Assembly: GCA_963707985.1 (NCBI GenBank)
Contig: CAVPRW010000019.1
Span: 1-63,416, forward strand
Length of the DNA: 63,416 nucleotides
Reading direction: 5' to 3'
DNA from: an uncultured Nitrospinota bacterium
Lineage (GTDB): Bacteria > Tectomicrobia > Entotheonellia > J063 > CAVPRW01
Shown in pieces: positions 54,190-63,416 of the stretch; the stretch's first letter is position 1; each line of letters starts with the position of its first letter. The notes below the pieces were generated by a model that did not search any database, was not told where the DNA came from, and was given only the letters and a program-made list of their open reading frames with translations. Both the position numbers and the translations under genes were made by a program.

Positions 54190-55510
54190 GATGGCCATGA
54201 CTGCGCTCAGACGCCATATGCGCGAAGACCTGCAACTCCGGGGTTTGGCCCCCAAGACTCAGCAGTGCTCTCTGGAAGCCGTCAAACACCTGGCCCACTA
54301 CTACCGGCGGGCTCCCGAGAGGTGGCAGACGTCTTCCGGTCCTATGCTCCCGCCGATCAGGAGCGGTTGGGCGCGGATTTCCTGCCCAGTCATCGCCGTG
54401 CGATGGATGATATTATCCACTGCCGGACCGCGGCCCAAGCGCTCATCAAACTCGCGATGGACCCGCATCATGTGGGCGGCCTGATGGGCGTCTTGTGTAT
54501 CCTCCACACCCGGACCCGCACCCTGACCTCCCATCCGCATGTCCACTGCCTGGTGCCAGCTGGCGGGGTCTCCGCCAACCGAACCGAATGGCGGCCAGCG
54601 CGCACGTCGTCCCTCGTCCCCGTCCCTGCCCTCGCGAAGCGGTTTCGTGGCCTGTTGCTCGATCTGGTGCGCCAGGAACACCCTGACCTGATCAGTCCCG
54701 AGGTGGTCTGGACCAAGGGGGGGGTGGTCTCCGGCAAACCGGCTGGGCACGGCACGGAGAAAGGCCTAAACGACCTGGGCCGAGATATCCACCGCATCGC
54801 GCTGACCAACCCCCGTCTCCTCGCCATCGATAATGGCCAGGGGTGCTTTCGCTACCAGGACTCCCAGGACCAGCGTGGGAACACCTTGACGTTGCCCGCC
54901 CACGAGTTCATCCGGCGCTTTCTGCCGCATGTGTGGCCCCAAGGGTTCCACAAGGTTCGCTACTAGGGGCTGTGGAGTCCTGTCCATCGGCCCCTCCGGC
55001 ACCCACGGCTGCTCTGCCTGGCGGGGCACCCCGCTGCCCCCCCTCCCAGCGCTCCTGAACCTACGCCGCAGGCAACCGAGGCCTGGGGCCCACCCCTCTG
55101 AGCGGGTCAACCCTGTCCATCTTGTGCTCAGGGCCTGCTGGTCGTCATGCGTTCCATTCCCCGACTCCAACGGGGGCCACCCTGCGCGCCCCAGTTGCCT
55201 CCCGGCATGCTCTCTTCTTACTGGTCACCACACGTCCTGCTGACGGGTCCAGGCCCCTGGTGTGCCCATCTCTGGTGAACCGTCCTGAGGCCAGCGGAGC
55301 AACCCCTCCGCACTGCTCCCCGTGCCCACCCAACCACCGAGGCTCCAGGCTTTCTCTCACCGCCGAGGACCGTAGCCCCTCGTCCAACACCCCCTCGAAA
55401 ATGCTTCCCTGGCGGGTCAGACAGGATTACAATTCCCTATGAGATGCCGCGCGGTTCCGTTCAACAGCGTTTTTGTGGCGGCTGCGCGCCACAAAAACGC
55501 TCTGTCGTTC
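54190..55510 (+). mobile_element. IS91-like element remnant (integrase SAM-like stub plus Y2 transposase fragments)
   Basis: MTALRRHMREDLQLRGLAPKTQ; HCRT; HPHVHCLVPAGG; EFIRRFL.HV.PQGFHKVRY; terminal GTTCAAC hairpin 55458-55501. Confidence 0.8.
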
Positions 55511-55543
55511 GATCCATAAGGGGCTACAGGGAGTCCACGTGAG

Positions 55544-56251
55544 CATGCAAATCATTGCGATGGGTGGCGGCGGGTTCATGATGGAGCCAGGCAACCCTCT
55601 CCTGGACGAGTACATTCTCGCACAAGTGCCCAGCCCATGCCCAAGAGTGCTATTTTTGCCCACCGCACAAGGTGACTCGCACGATGCCATCGCCCGCTTC
55701 TACAACGCATTTGAGCGTTTCCCTTGTGCGGCGACGATTCTTTCAGTCTTCCGGCCATGCGGGCGTCCTGATAACGTCGAAGCGACCATTCTTACGAGTG
55801 ATGTCGTATACGTCGCCGGCGGAGCCACGCGTGCGATGCTCGCCGTGTGGCGAGAGTACGGTATAGACGTCGCTTTGCGGCACGCGTGGGAACGTGGGGT
55901 TGTGCTAGTTGGGCTGAGGACGGGCGCACTCTGTTGGTTTGAGGAGGGCACACGGACTCGACCCCAGGTGGTCTATCGAAGATGGATGGCCTGGGTTTTT
56001 TGAAGGGGAGTTTTTCCTGTCACTTTGATGGCGACCCCAAGCGACGCCCGTCCTACACGCAGCTTGTCATCGGCGGGCATATCAGGCCAGGTTCCGCGGT
56101 CGACGACGGAGTGGCTCTGCATTTCGTCGACGGCGAGCTATTCTGTACCGTTTCATCCCGCCCAAACGCCAGCGCTCGCTTCTTTTCAGTCGAGAGTGGG
56201 ACTCTGCAAGGGGTGCCCTTGGCCATTAGGTATCTGAAGGCTGATGCGTGA
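55544..56251 (+). CDS. Peptidase E (S51) family (frameshifted)
   Basis: IIAMGGGGF, FLPTA.GD, YVAGG, CWFE, DDGVALHF. Confidence 0.8.
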
Positions 56252-56267
56252 GCCATCTGCTGCATGG

Positions 56268-56380
56268 ACCTCAACACACACGGCAGCGGACGGGCGGGAC
56301 AGCGGCGGTGCACACGTCCTTGGCACAGCCATCGGTGGGTGGTGGTTTCACCGCCTGCCGCTGAGCGTGGGGCATTCGGC
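56268..56380 (+). other. Degenerate attC site
   Basis: CAGCGG.CGGGCGG...CCGCCTGCCGCTG arms; eroded core sites. Confidence 0.5.
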
Positions 56381-56396
56381 AAAAATGCAATTCTTC

Positions 56397-56897
56397 ATGG
56401 CTCCGATTCCAAAGCACAAGCAGGTTCTTGGCCTCGTGGCGTGGCTCATGGTGACCTTCATGGCTGCCGGCATCGGTAGCGCCGCGTCGATCAATGCTGA
56501 GTCGTTTTACATGCAGCTTGTGCGCCCGGCATGGGCTCCGCCACCGTCGATCTTTGGCCCTGTTTGGACGGCGCTGTTCGCGCTTATGGGTGTTGCCGCA
56601 TGGTTGGTTTGGCGTATGGGAGGGTTTCGGGCGGCACGTATAGCCCTCAGCGTATTTCTCGTGCAGCTTGCGAGCAATGCGTTGTGGAGTTGGCTCTTTT
56701 TCGGCTGGCACCTCGGCGCCTTGGCATTCGCCGACATTGTGCTGCTGTGGGCGTTGATCGTGGCCACCATGATGACCTTCTGGCGCGTCAGACCACTGGC
56801 CGGGGCATTGCTCATGCCTTACCTGCTGTGGGTGAGCTTTGCCGCGGTGTTGAACTATAGGGTCTGGCAACTCAATCCTCAGCTGCTGGGTTTATGA
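56397..56897 (+). CDS. tspO: TspO/MBR family protein
   Basis: PAWAPPPSIFGPVWT..NALWSWLFFG..LLMPYLLWVSFA. Confidence 0.92.
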   Translation: MAPIPKHKQVLGLVAWLMVTFMAAGIGSAASINAESFYMQLVRPAWAPPPSIFGPVWTALFALMGVAAWLVWRMGGFRAARIALSVFLVQLASNALWSWLFFGWHLGALAFADIVLLWALIVATMMTFWRVRPLAGALLMPYLLWVSFAAVLNYRVWQLNPQLLGL

Positions 56898-56943
56898 CAC
56901 GGCGCCGTGTGCCTGTTTCGTGTGACAGGCGCGTCGCCATGTT

Positions 56944-57005
56944 GCCGAACAAGACGTTCCAGCCCGTGCACTCACACGCACGGCTGTGTGGAGCCGTCGT
57001 TAGGC
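56944..57005 (+). other. attC site
   Basis: GCCGAAC...GTTAGGC. Confidence 0.65.
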
Positions 57006-57020
57006 GACCAGGGAACCACC

Positions 57021-57230
57021 ATGGAGCGCCGCATTGTTGGCTTCTATCAGGACGATGAGCAGCACTGGGTGGCTGAGCTTGAGTGCGGCCATACCCAACA
57101 TGTCCGGCATCATCCACCCTGGAGCAACCGGCCTTGGGTCATCACCGCAGATGGCAGGTCCAAAGCCATCGGCCGCGTGCTGTCTTGTGTCAAATGCGAC
57201 GCAGGTGCTCCGCCAGATCGCCACGCATAG
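57021..57230 (+). CDS. DUF3565 family protein
   Basis: IVGFYQDDEQHWVAELECGHTQHVRH.PPW..RPWV..C.KC. Confidence 0.85.
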   Translation: MERRIVGFYQDDEQHWVAELECGHTQHVRHHPPWSNRPWVITADGRSKAIGRVLSCVKCDAGAPPDRHA

Positions 57231-57463
57231 TAGCCACGTGTTCCTGTGCTGATGAGAAATGGGCTGACCGCCCTGGCGTGTTTCGCTGCCCTCCTCGTCA
57301 TGGGCATAGCGGCGTTGGTCATGGTGATCGTGCTGGCTGGGCCGTATGCCGACATGCTTCCGCTGTTACTCCATGTCATGGCAGCCATCGCCGGCTGGCG
57401 GGCATAGTCTTGCCGGTGCGAGTGGCGAGAGGAGTGTGGAAACGTGTCAAGAGCAGACGTGTC

Positions 57464-57563
57464 GCCTCACAACAGGCTCCAGCCGAGGCTCACGCTGCTG
57501 GCGCGTTTCTCACATCGAACAATTACAGCCGCGGCGTGAGCGCGGCTGAACCTGAGCGTCCTG
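57464..57563 (+). other. Degenerate attC site
   Basis: GCCTCAC..CAGGCTCCAGCCG...CGGCTGAACCTGAGCGTCC. Confidence 0.55.
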
Positions 57564-57640
57564 TGGCTTTGTAATGGGGACTACCTTCCAAGCAAGGCAG
57601 AGAGTAGAATGAGAGGCGACGGGAGAAGCGGAGGGTTCCG

Positions 57641-57847
57641 ATGACATTCACGGTGGAAATCGAGCAGGAAGATGACGGCCGCTGGATCGCCGAAGTCCTT
57701 GAACTGCCTGGCGTACTGACGTATGGCCAGAGTTCTGAGGAAGCGACGGCCAAGGTCCAAGCGTTGGCGCTCCGTGTCGTGGCGGACCGTCTCGAACATG
57801 GCGAGGCTGGCCCAGACCTGTTAAGTATTTCCTTCGCCGCCGCATGA
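57641..57847 (+). CDS. hicB: HicB antitoxin
   Basis: EQEDDGRWIAEV.ELPGV.TYG. Confidence 0.88.
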   Translation: MTFTVEIEQEDDGRWIAEVLELPGVLTYGQSSEEATAKVQALALRVVADRLEHGEAGPDLLSISFAAA

Positions 57848-58056
57848 GCACCTGGTCCAGCACGAGCGCGAGACGAGTCCTTGCGGCTCTGCTGCGTGTG
57901 GGCTGGTGCATCAAACGGCAAGATGGGTCCCACCGTGTCCTCTCTCGCCCTGGATGGCCTGACGTCGTCTTTGCCTTCCACGACGCTGAAGCGATCGGTC
58001 CTCGCATGCTCGCCAGGATCGCCAAGCGTACAGGACTTCAACCCCAAGACTTGTAG
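57844..58056 (+). CDS. hicA: HicA toxin
   Basis: GW..KRQ.GSHR..FAFHD..IGPRML.RIAK. Confidence 0.88.
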   Translation: MSTWSSTSARRVLAALLRVGWCIKRQDGSHRVLSRPGWPDVVFAFHDAEAIGPRMLARIAKRTGLQPQDL

Positions 58057-58078
58057 CGCCGGAGCTACCACCATCACG

Positions 58079-58150
58079 ACCTCACCATAGGATGAACCTG
58101 ACGGGTATTCCGCTGCGCTCCATACCAGCAGGTTATCCTCAGCGTTGAAC
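58079..58150 (+). other. attC site, same family as 18589 and 20893, opposite orientation
   Basis: ACCTCAC..GGATGAACCTGAC..CAGCAGGTTATCCTCAGCGTTGAAC. Confidence 0.85.
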
Positions 58151-58247
58151 AGACGCTCTCGGTCGACCGGGTGCTGGATGAAGACTTCTGGACGGAGGCG
58201 TGATCCATGCCATCAGAACAGCAGTGGCTCATGGGAGGATTGAACCG

Positions 58248-58502
58248 ATGCGCTGGTGGATCGGTGTGTGTCTAGGCCTCGTGTTGTGCACCGCGAGTAT
58301 GAGTTATCCGGATGACCGGCGTGGCTCGCCGTTCCCAGCTGATGAGCATTGGGAGGGCTCTCGCACGTGGAAGCCTGACCGTGATCGGCGCTGGCGTGGG
58401 CAACCGCTCCCCGATCGCTTCACCATCGATAAGCCAGGGAAGTGTGAAGTGATCTGTCAGCGCATTGGGCGCGAGTATAAGTGTAAGGAATATCGCTGCT
58501 AA
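58248..58502 (+). CDS. Small secreted hypothetical protein
   Basis: Signal-like N-terminus, Cys-rich C-terminus, GGAGG RBS. Confidence 0.5.
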   Translation: MRWWIGVCLGLVLCTASMSYPDDRRGSPFPADEHWEGSRTWKPDRDRRWRGQPLPDRFTIDKPGKCEVICQRIGREYKCKEYRC

Positions 58503-58659
58503 AGGTCCATGAGGTCATCGCTTCATCGAAGCTGATACACGATGTGCTCCATCCGGCCGGTAACTTGACCCACGGAGAGGTCTGTCAGATTCTAAAGGGT
58601 CGGCAGATGTGTCGGACGTGTCATGTCACCGAATGTGGCAGATTAACCTCGATACCGAT

Positions 58660-59693
58660 GGCCAGGCGGAGGAAATATGAGCGATGGCGAGGCGAGCATC
58701 CAGAACTACGCCCGGGCCTCCAAGGGGTGGACTTCAACAGGGCAGATGTCTACCCAGTAACCTCCGCGGGGTCAACCGCTCCTGGGCAGACATTGACGAG
58801 GCGAACCTCCACAGGGCGACCCTTTCCAGGGCAGACTTCTCTGGAACATCCCTTAGCGGAGCGAATCTTTCTATGGCAAACCTCTCTGGAGCATCCTTTG
58901 AGGAAGCGAACCTGTCCAAGGCGAACCTCTTCAAAGCAATCCTCGTCGGGGGCGGCTCCACAGGGCGGACCTCACTGAGGCAATCCTCTTCAAGGCAGAG
59001 CTCTATCGGACAAACCTCACAGCGGCAACCCTTTCTGCAGCAATCCTCACGCGGGCTCAATTAGGATGGACTGTATTCGGAGATGTTGACCTTAGCACGG
59101 TTGAAGGGCTTGCGAATCTATATCATCGCGGGCCATCGACCATCGGCATCGACACCCTCTATCGCTCGCACGGCAACATCCCCGAGGTCTTCCTTCGAGG
59201 GGCTGGCGTGTCCGACGACATGATCACCTATAGCAAGTCGCTCGTCGAGCAACCGTTCCAGTATCACTCCTGCTTCATCAGCTATTCCAGTCGGGATGAC
59301 GCGCTAGCGCAACGCTTGCATGCTGACCTCCAGGACAACGGGGTCCGCTGCTGGTTTGCGCCGGAGGACTTGAAAATCGGGGACGAATTTCAGTCCCGTA
59401 TCGATGAATCGATCCAGGTCTATGACCGACTTCTCCTCATCCTGTCTGAATATTCCATTAAAAGCCGATGGGTTCAAAAGGAAGTCGAAACCGCCTTTGC
59501 GAAAGAGGCTAAGGAGAACCGGGTGGTACTGTTCCCTATCCGGATTGACGAGGCGGTCATGCACAGTGCGGTGGGCTGGGCGGCAGACATCCGCAGGCAA
59601 CGCCATATCGGAGATTTTCAGCAATGGAAGGACCACGATGCATACCAGCAGGCGTTTACCCGATTACTCCGTGACCTGAAGGCCGGTCTCTGA
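58660..59693 (+). CDS. Pentapeptide-repeat plus TIR domain protein (frameshifted or pseudogene)
   Basis: ANLSxANL repeats; HRGPSTIGIDT; SCFISYSS.D..CWFAPEDL..SRWVQKEV. Confidence 0.85.
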
Positions 59694-59931
59694 CCAATGC
59701 CCGCATACGTCAGATTTGAAGGGATGGCCATGGCCGCTCACTCGGACTGCGAACTGCAGGACGAAGGCCTATCCTTGCAGACGATCGCCAATCGCTTAAA
59801 TCACGAAGCGGTGCTGACGCTCAGCGACAAAGGGAAGTGGCAGAAAGGGACCATCGGCATCCTGCTGGCGCAGGGTGACGAGGTCCGATGAAGCATGAAG
59901 TCATCATGGCGCAGAGCCTGGGAGAGCCCGC

Positions 59932-60123
59932 ATGACTCCTGCCTCACCGGTAAAACGGTCCAAGCGCACAGCGGCGCGGATTTTCGTTCTCCTGTTCGTC
60001 ACCCTAATGGTGGGGTTTTACTTCACCGGCGGCCCTGATGTCGTCGGCCTCGGGAGCGTCTGGGGCCTCCTCATCATCCTAGCGGCTCTGGTGCTCATCG
60101 TCGCCCTTTGCTTCGTGAAATAA
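59932..60123 (+). CDS. Small membrane protein
   Basis: Two hydrophobic helices, GGAG RBS. Confidence 0.5.
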   Translation: MTPASPVKRSKRTAARIFVLLFVTLMVGFYFTGGPDVVGLGSVWGLLIILAALVLIVALCFVK

Positions 60124-60457
60124 CCGAGATGTGATCCCCCTTGACGGGTCCATGCTAAAGCGCTGCCGACGCTCAGCGGCAGCGGGCAGTGGTATGCAGG
60201 GAGGATTAGCATCTGCTCGCCTCGATTGGCTCAACCGAACGGACGAGGCGTTGGAGGAGTTGCGCAGGCTCGGGGAATTGCTCCAGGAGGAACGGGATGA
60301 GACTTATGTGTATGTGTGTACGCTCTGCGGCCAGGTCACGGACCCGACGCCGCTCTTCTAACCCGCGCCAGTACAAGCCGGGGCCGGGCCAGGTCATATC
60401 ACGAGCGTGCTGGTGCAAGACGTCCTGGCACGGTGGCTAGTGGAGGAGGTGTGAGTC

Positions 60458-61306
60458 ATGATTCAGCCACCCCTTGGGCTGCTGACGCATCTTGTCGCGT
60501 TGCGCTCAGCCCTTGATGAACAATGGGCCGCTCGGGCAACCGAACCAGTGGTTCATCTAAACTCACCGACCCATGTGCAGCTTGAACTACTCCCATATGC
60601 GGTGTCCGAAATGTGGCATGCGTTCACGTCGTTCATCTGCGCCACACACCGTATAGCCGCAACACTGGGCGAGGATATGCCGATCCATCCGGAGTGCTTT
60701 GTTCTCTCAGATGCAGATCGAGACGTACTCGCCTACTCGATCGACGCATTCATGCATGCCGGTCGGCGCGCCCAGAATGCCGTCCTCCCCTATCTCTCAA
60801 GGGCATTCCGGCAATCCCTACCAGCGAGCCTCTCAGACGTCTTCACCAAACAAGGTCACACGGACCTGCGCACGTATCCCGTGTTAGACATCTTTGCGCC
60901 GATGCTTGAATCATACTGGCAGGCCGACGGTCAGCGCCTTCGAGCCTATCGAGTCGTGATGGAACACCGGCCGCTCGTGGCACGTGAGGCCTTCCTCGCC
61001 CGGTTGGATGCCGGCACCGTGGTCCTGCATATGCTGCTGCCCAGCAACCCCGAGGCGGGGAGTCCGACAGCGCTGATCTATGGTCATCCACCGGTGCACG
61101 CACTCCTCTATATGGAGCAAGCGTTCATCGCGCTCGTGCGGTTTGCAGAGTCCATGACACGGCCGCTGCTGCCCATCCCTCTCCCGCCGAAGGCCTACAT
61201 CATCGTGGCGAACCGCATGGCCCCCATCAGGACGCGCCACGTCTTTCATCCAATCCCCTCGATCGAGGACATCAGCGCACGGATCAAGCAGCTCGCCCAG
61301 GCATAG
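60458..61306 (+). CDS. Hypothetical protein
   Basis: 282-aa ORF with GGAGG RBS. Confidence 0.6.
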   Translation: MIQPPLGLLTHLVALRSALDEQWAARATEPVVHLNSPTHVQLELLPYAVSEMWHAFTSFICATHRIAATLGEDMPIHPECFVLSDADRDVLAYSIDAFMHAGRRAQNAVLPYLSRAFRQSLPASLSDVFTKQGHTDLRTYPVLDIFAPMLESYWQADGQRLRAYRVVMEHRPLVAREAFLARLDAGTVVLHMLLPSNPEAGSPTALIYGHPPVHALLYMEQAFIALVRFAESMTRPLLPIPLPPKAYIIVANRMAPIRTRHVFHPIPSIEDISARIKQLAQA

Positions 61307-61569
61307 GCGCCTCACCCATGAGCCAAGGGGTGGGCGGGAGGAGAGGAGGACCAATGCCCCACGTACAATGCTATCGCTGGTCTCGATTGTGGCGCCGTCC
61401 TGCCCGCCTGGCTGCCGGTGGCGAACCAGCCCGGGAGGTACGATGCGCTGTACCACCTCAGCCAGCGCCACCCCGACCAGGTAAGGCCGTAGCTGGAGCG
61501 GATGCGGACCGAGGACATCGCCACGGTGGCGGCCGAGGCCTTCGAGTTAGTTAAGGAGGACGAGACGCG

Positions 61570-62168
61570 GTGAAGTCACGCGCGACCAAGAGACGCGAGG
61601 CATGGCAGCTGATCGCAGGGGTCGGTGGAGTGGTCGCAGGCCTGCTCATCCTAATATTGCTTGACCAAGGGGGCCTCAACTGCCGGGGTCGGCATTATGA
61701 CTCGCTGATCACGGTCGCAGGGACCTTAAGCGGCGTGTTCATTGGCTCATGGCTGAGGCAACGCCAGCGACGCCAGGAGGATCGCCCCAACGCCGGCAGG
61801 TACTAGCAACGATGCTCTTGAGCGAACTCCACTCGCTGGAGAAGGCTCTCCGCGAGGTTTGTCAGCAATCGCCTGAGACAAGATCAATCGGGCATACTCA
61901 AACAGCTACGTACGATCAGGCTGGTATTCATCTCTTACTGTTCTCTCCAGATACCGTCCAAGCCCTTATAAGCTTCTATCAACAGGGACCGAAGGTGCAA
62001 GCGCTTGCACAGCGTTGGAGTGCCGACCGCCAGCTACTAGGCTCGCTGCACAATCAATTGTGGCAAAGCGGTATCGGCGCGTTGCAAGCCCTTCCACAGG
62101 TCACCAGGCGGTTACATGGTGATGAACAGGGACATTGGCCAGGGGAGGTCCCTCCCTCACAAGGGTAG
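61570..62168 (+). CDS. Hypothetical membrane-anchored protein, probably one frameshifted gene
   Basis: AAGGAGG RBS, two TM segments, overlapping continuation ORF 61749-62168. Confidence 0.4.
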
Positions 62169-62204
62169 GTTTTTTTTAGACGCGACACTGACCCTGGGTC
62201 ATTT

Positions 62205-62298
62205 CTCCCTCGCCCACCGGGAGAGGGCGGGGGTGAGGGGTCTTGTGCGATGATAACATCAAGCCCTCACCCTAACCCTCTCCCAGAGGGCGAGGGGA
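62205..62298. repeat. Inverted pair of REP-like elements
   Basis: CCCTCGCCC..GGGAGAGGG..GGGTGAGGG and CCCTCACCC..CCCTCTCCC..GGGCGAGGGG. Confidence 0.7.
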
Positions 62299-62377
62299 CG
62301 AAAACCCAACCCAGAAAGGAGGTCCTCCCTGTTACACTTGGCCATTTTTACGATGAATTGCCGCCACTGGTGTTTTC

Positions 62378-63222
62378 GAGCCTGTTCAACATCTTCTCAA
62401 TAATAAGGAAATACAGGCCAATTGCATCATCGCGAGACTTGACTCAAGGAATCTCTCGCCGTTCTTCCATCACCTCCGGCATTTCTCCAACCAGCCAAAT
62501 GATCTCTCCACGCCCCACCTCTGAGGGAGGACTTTGAAGGTATGAAGCTCATTTCTTTTCACCACTTCTGTCGCAGCAGACAGAATACGCTGTACTTCCT
62601 GGGCAAAATTTTCTCCGGAATCTCCACCGTCAACCCATGCCTGGAGCACGTCCGGTACACGCGCTTGGTATGATTCAAGCATTGCGAGCGCCCCCTTTCG
62701 GTCGCCCACATCGGCAATGGTCACGGACAAGGCCTGGGGGAACCCATTGGTGTCAACCGCCAGATGCCGTTTGATTCCAGCGACCTTCGTTCCCGCATCA
62801 TATCCTGTTTCTGTCGTAGAATCAGTGTTTTTGACGCTCTGGGAGTCGATAATCATGAAACGGGTCGTACATTTTCTGCCATTTTTTGTACGTTCCGACT
62901 CGACCATTTTTTTAACGCTTTATCGCGTATTGATGGTTTGTCTTCCGCACCTGTTGTTTTCCCTATCGTAAAGTATTCGTGTACGGTTCTCCATTGTGGA
63001 TATGCATGCGGAAGGGCTCTCCACTGACAGCCTGTTTTGAGCACATCGTTCAGCCCGTTCCAGACATCGTAGAGATCATCGGTTCGGGGATGCGTTCTTT
63101 TTCGCGCTGATTCCAGTATCGGTTTGATAGGCTCAAATTGTTCCCGGGTGATATCGCTTGGGTATGCTTTTGCTGTTTTCATTCATCCATCATACAGCGA
63201 AACGAAGATGTTGAACAGGCTC
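62378..63222 (-). mobile_element. IS5-family element with split transposase
   Basis: 19-bp IRs GAGCCTGTTCAACATCTTC; YPSDIT, TGCQWRALP, IIDSQSVK, GYDAG.KVAGIKRH.AVDT, RW.VERSFGW; flanks TTC/TTA. Confidence 0.9.
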
Positions 63223-63416
63223 TTAGAGACCTATTGCGCCCAAGTATGGCGAGAATGCGCACGATTTGATTTCGACGGGATGCGGCTGGCCGTTGAGTCG
63301 CTGGATATTCAGGTCACCGCCAATGGTGGCGAGTGGCAACTGCAGGGTCGCATTCCTCTGGACGATGCAGGCGTTGTGACCCAAACGTCAGTAGATTATG
63401 GCCGCCTGCGTCGTTC

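Noticed and set aside
63223..63416. Serine recombinase C-terminal fragment
   Set aside because: Plausible but too short and motif-poor to call

Overview
High-GC bacterial window, heavily accessory. Gene content and attC style suggest Candidatus Tectomicrobia or a similar soil lineage (inference only). 1-7 kb: a decayed group II intron and integron-type cassettes, including an attC interrupted by an IS110 element whose upstream noncoding region folds like a bridge RNA with guides matching attC. 7-17 kb: tRNA-Sec (selC) flanked on both sides by convergent tyrosine integrases, followed by a phage-like mosaic (excisionase, UDG-AAA fusion, hairpin repeat array, 5'-3' exonuclease, ThyX). 17-27 kb: a complete integron (intI, attI, seven attC sites). 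11-32 kb: three copies (two complete, one left end) of a transposase-less cargo element with ~45-50 bp TIRs; the two complete ones have 8-bp target duplications (one perfect, one 6/8), and two copies carry res-like sites. 32-38 kb: remnants of a DUF499/DUF1156 defence locus plus IS and intron debris. 38.5-46 kb: nitrate assimilation operon with a sigma54-like promoter. 47-54 kb: housekeeping genes (mqnA, mutY, thyX, hisN, mutT-like). 54-63 kb: an IS91-like element, a second attC array without integrase, a pentapeptide-TIR gene and an IS5. Many mobile-element sequences show a strong A:T->C:G substitution signature. Single-base frameshifts in housekeeping genes are probably sequencing errors.
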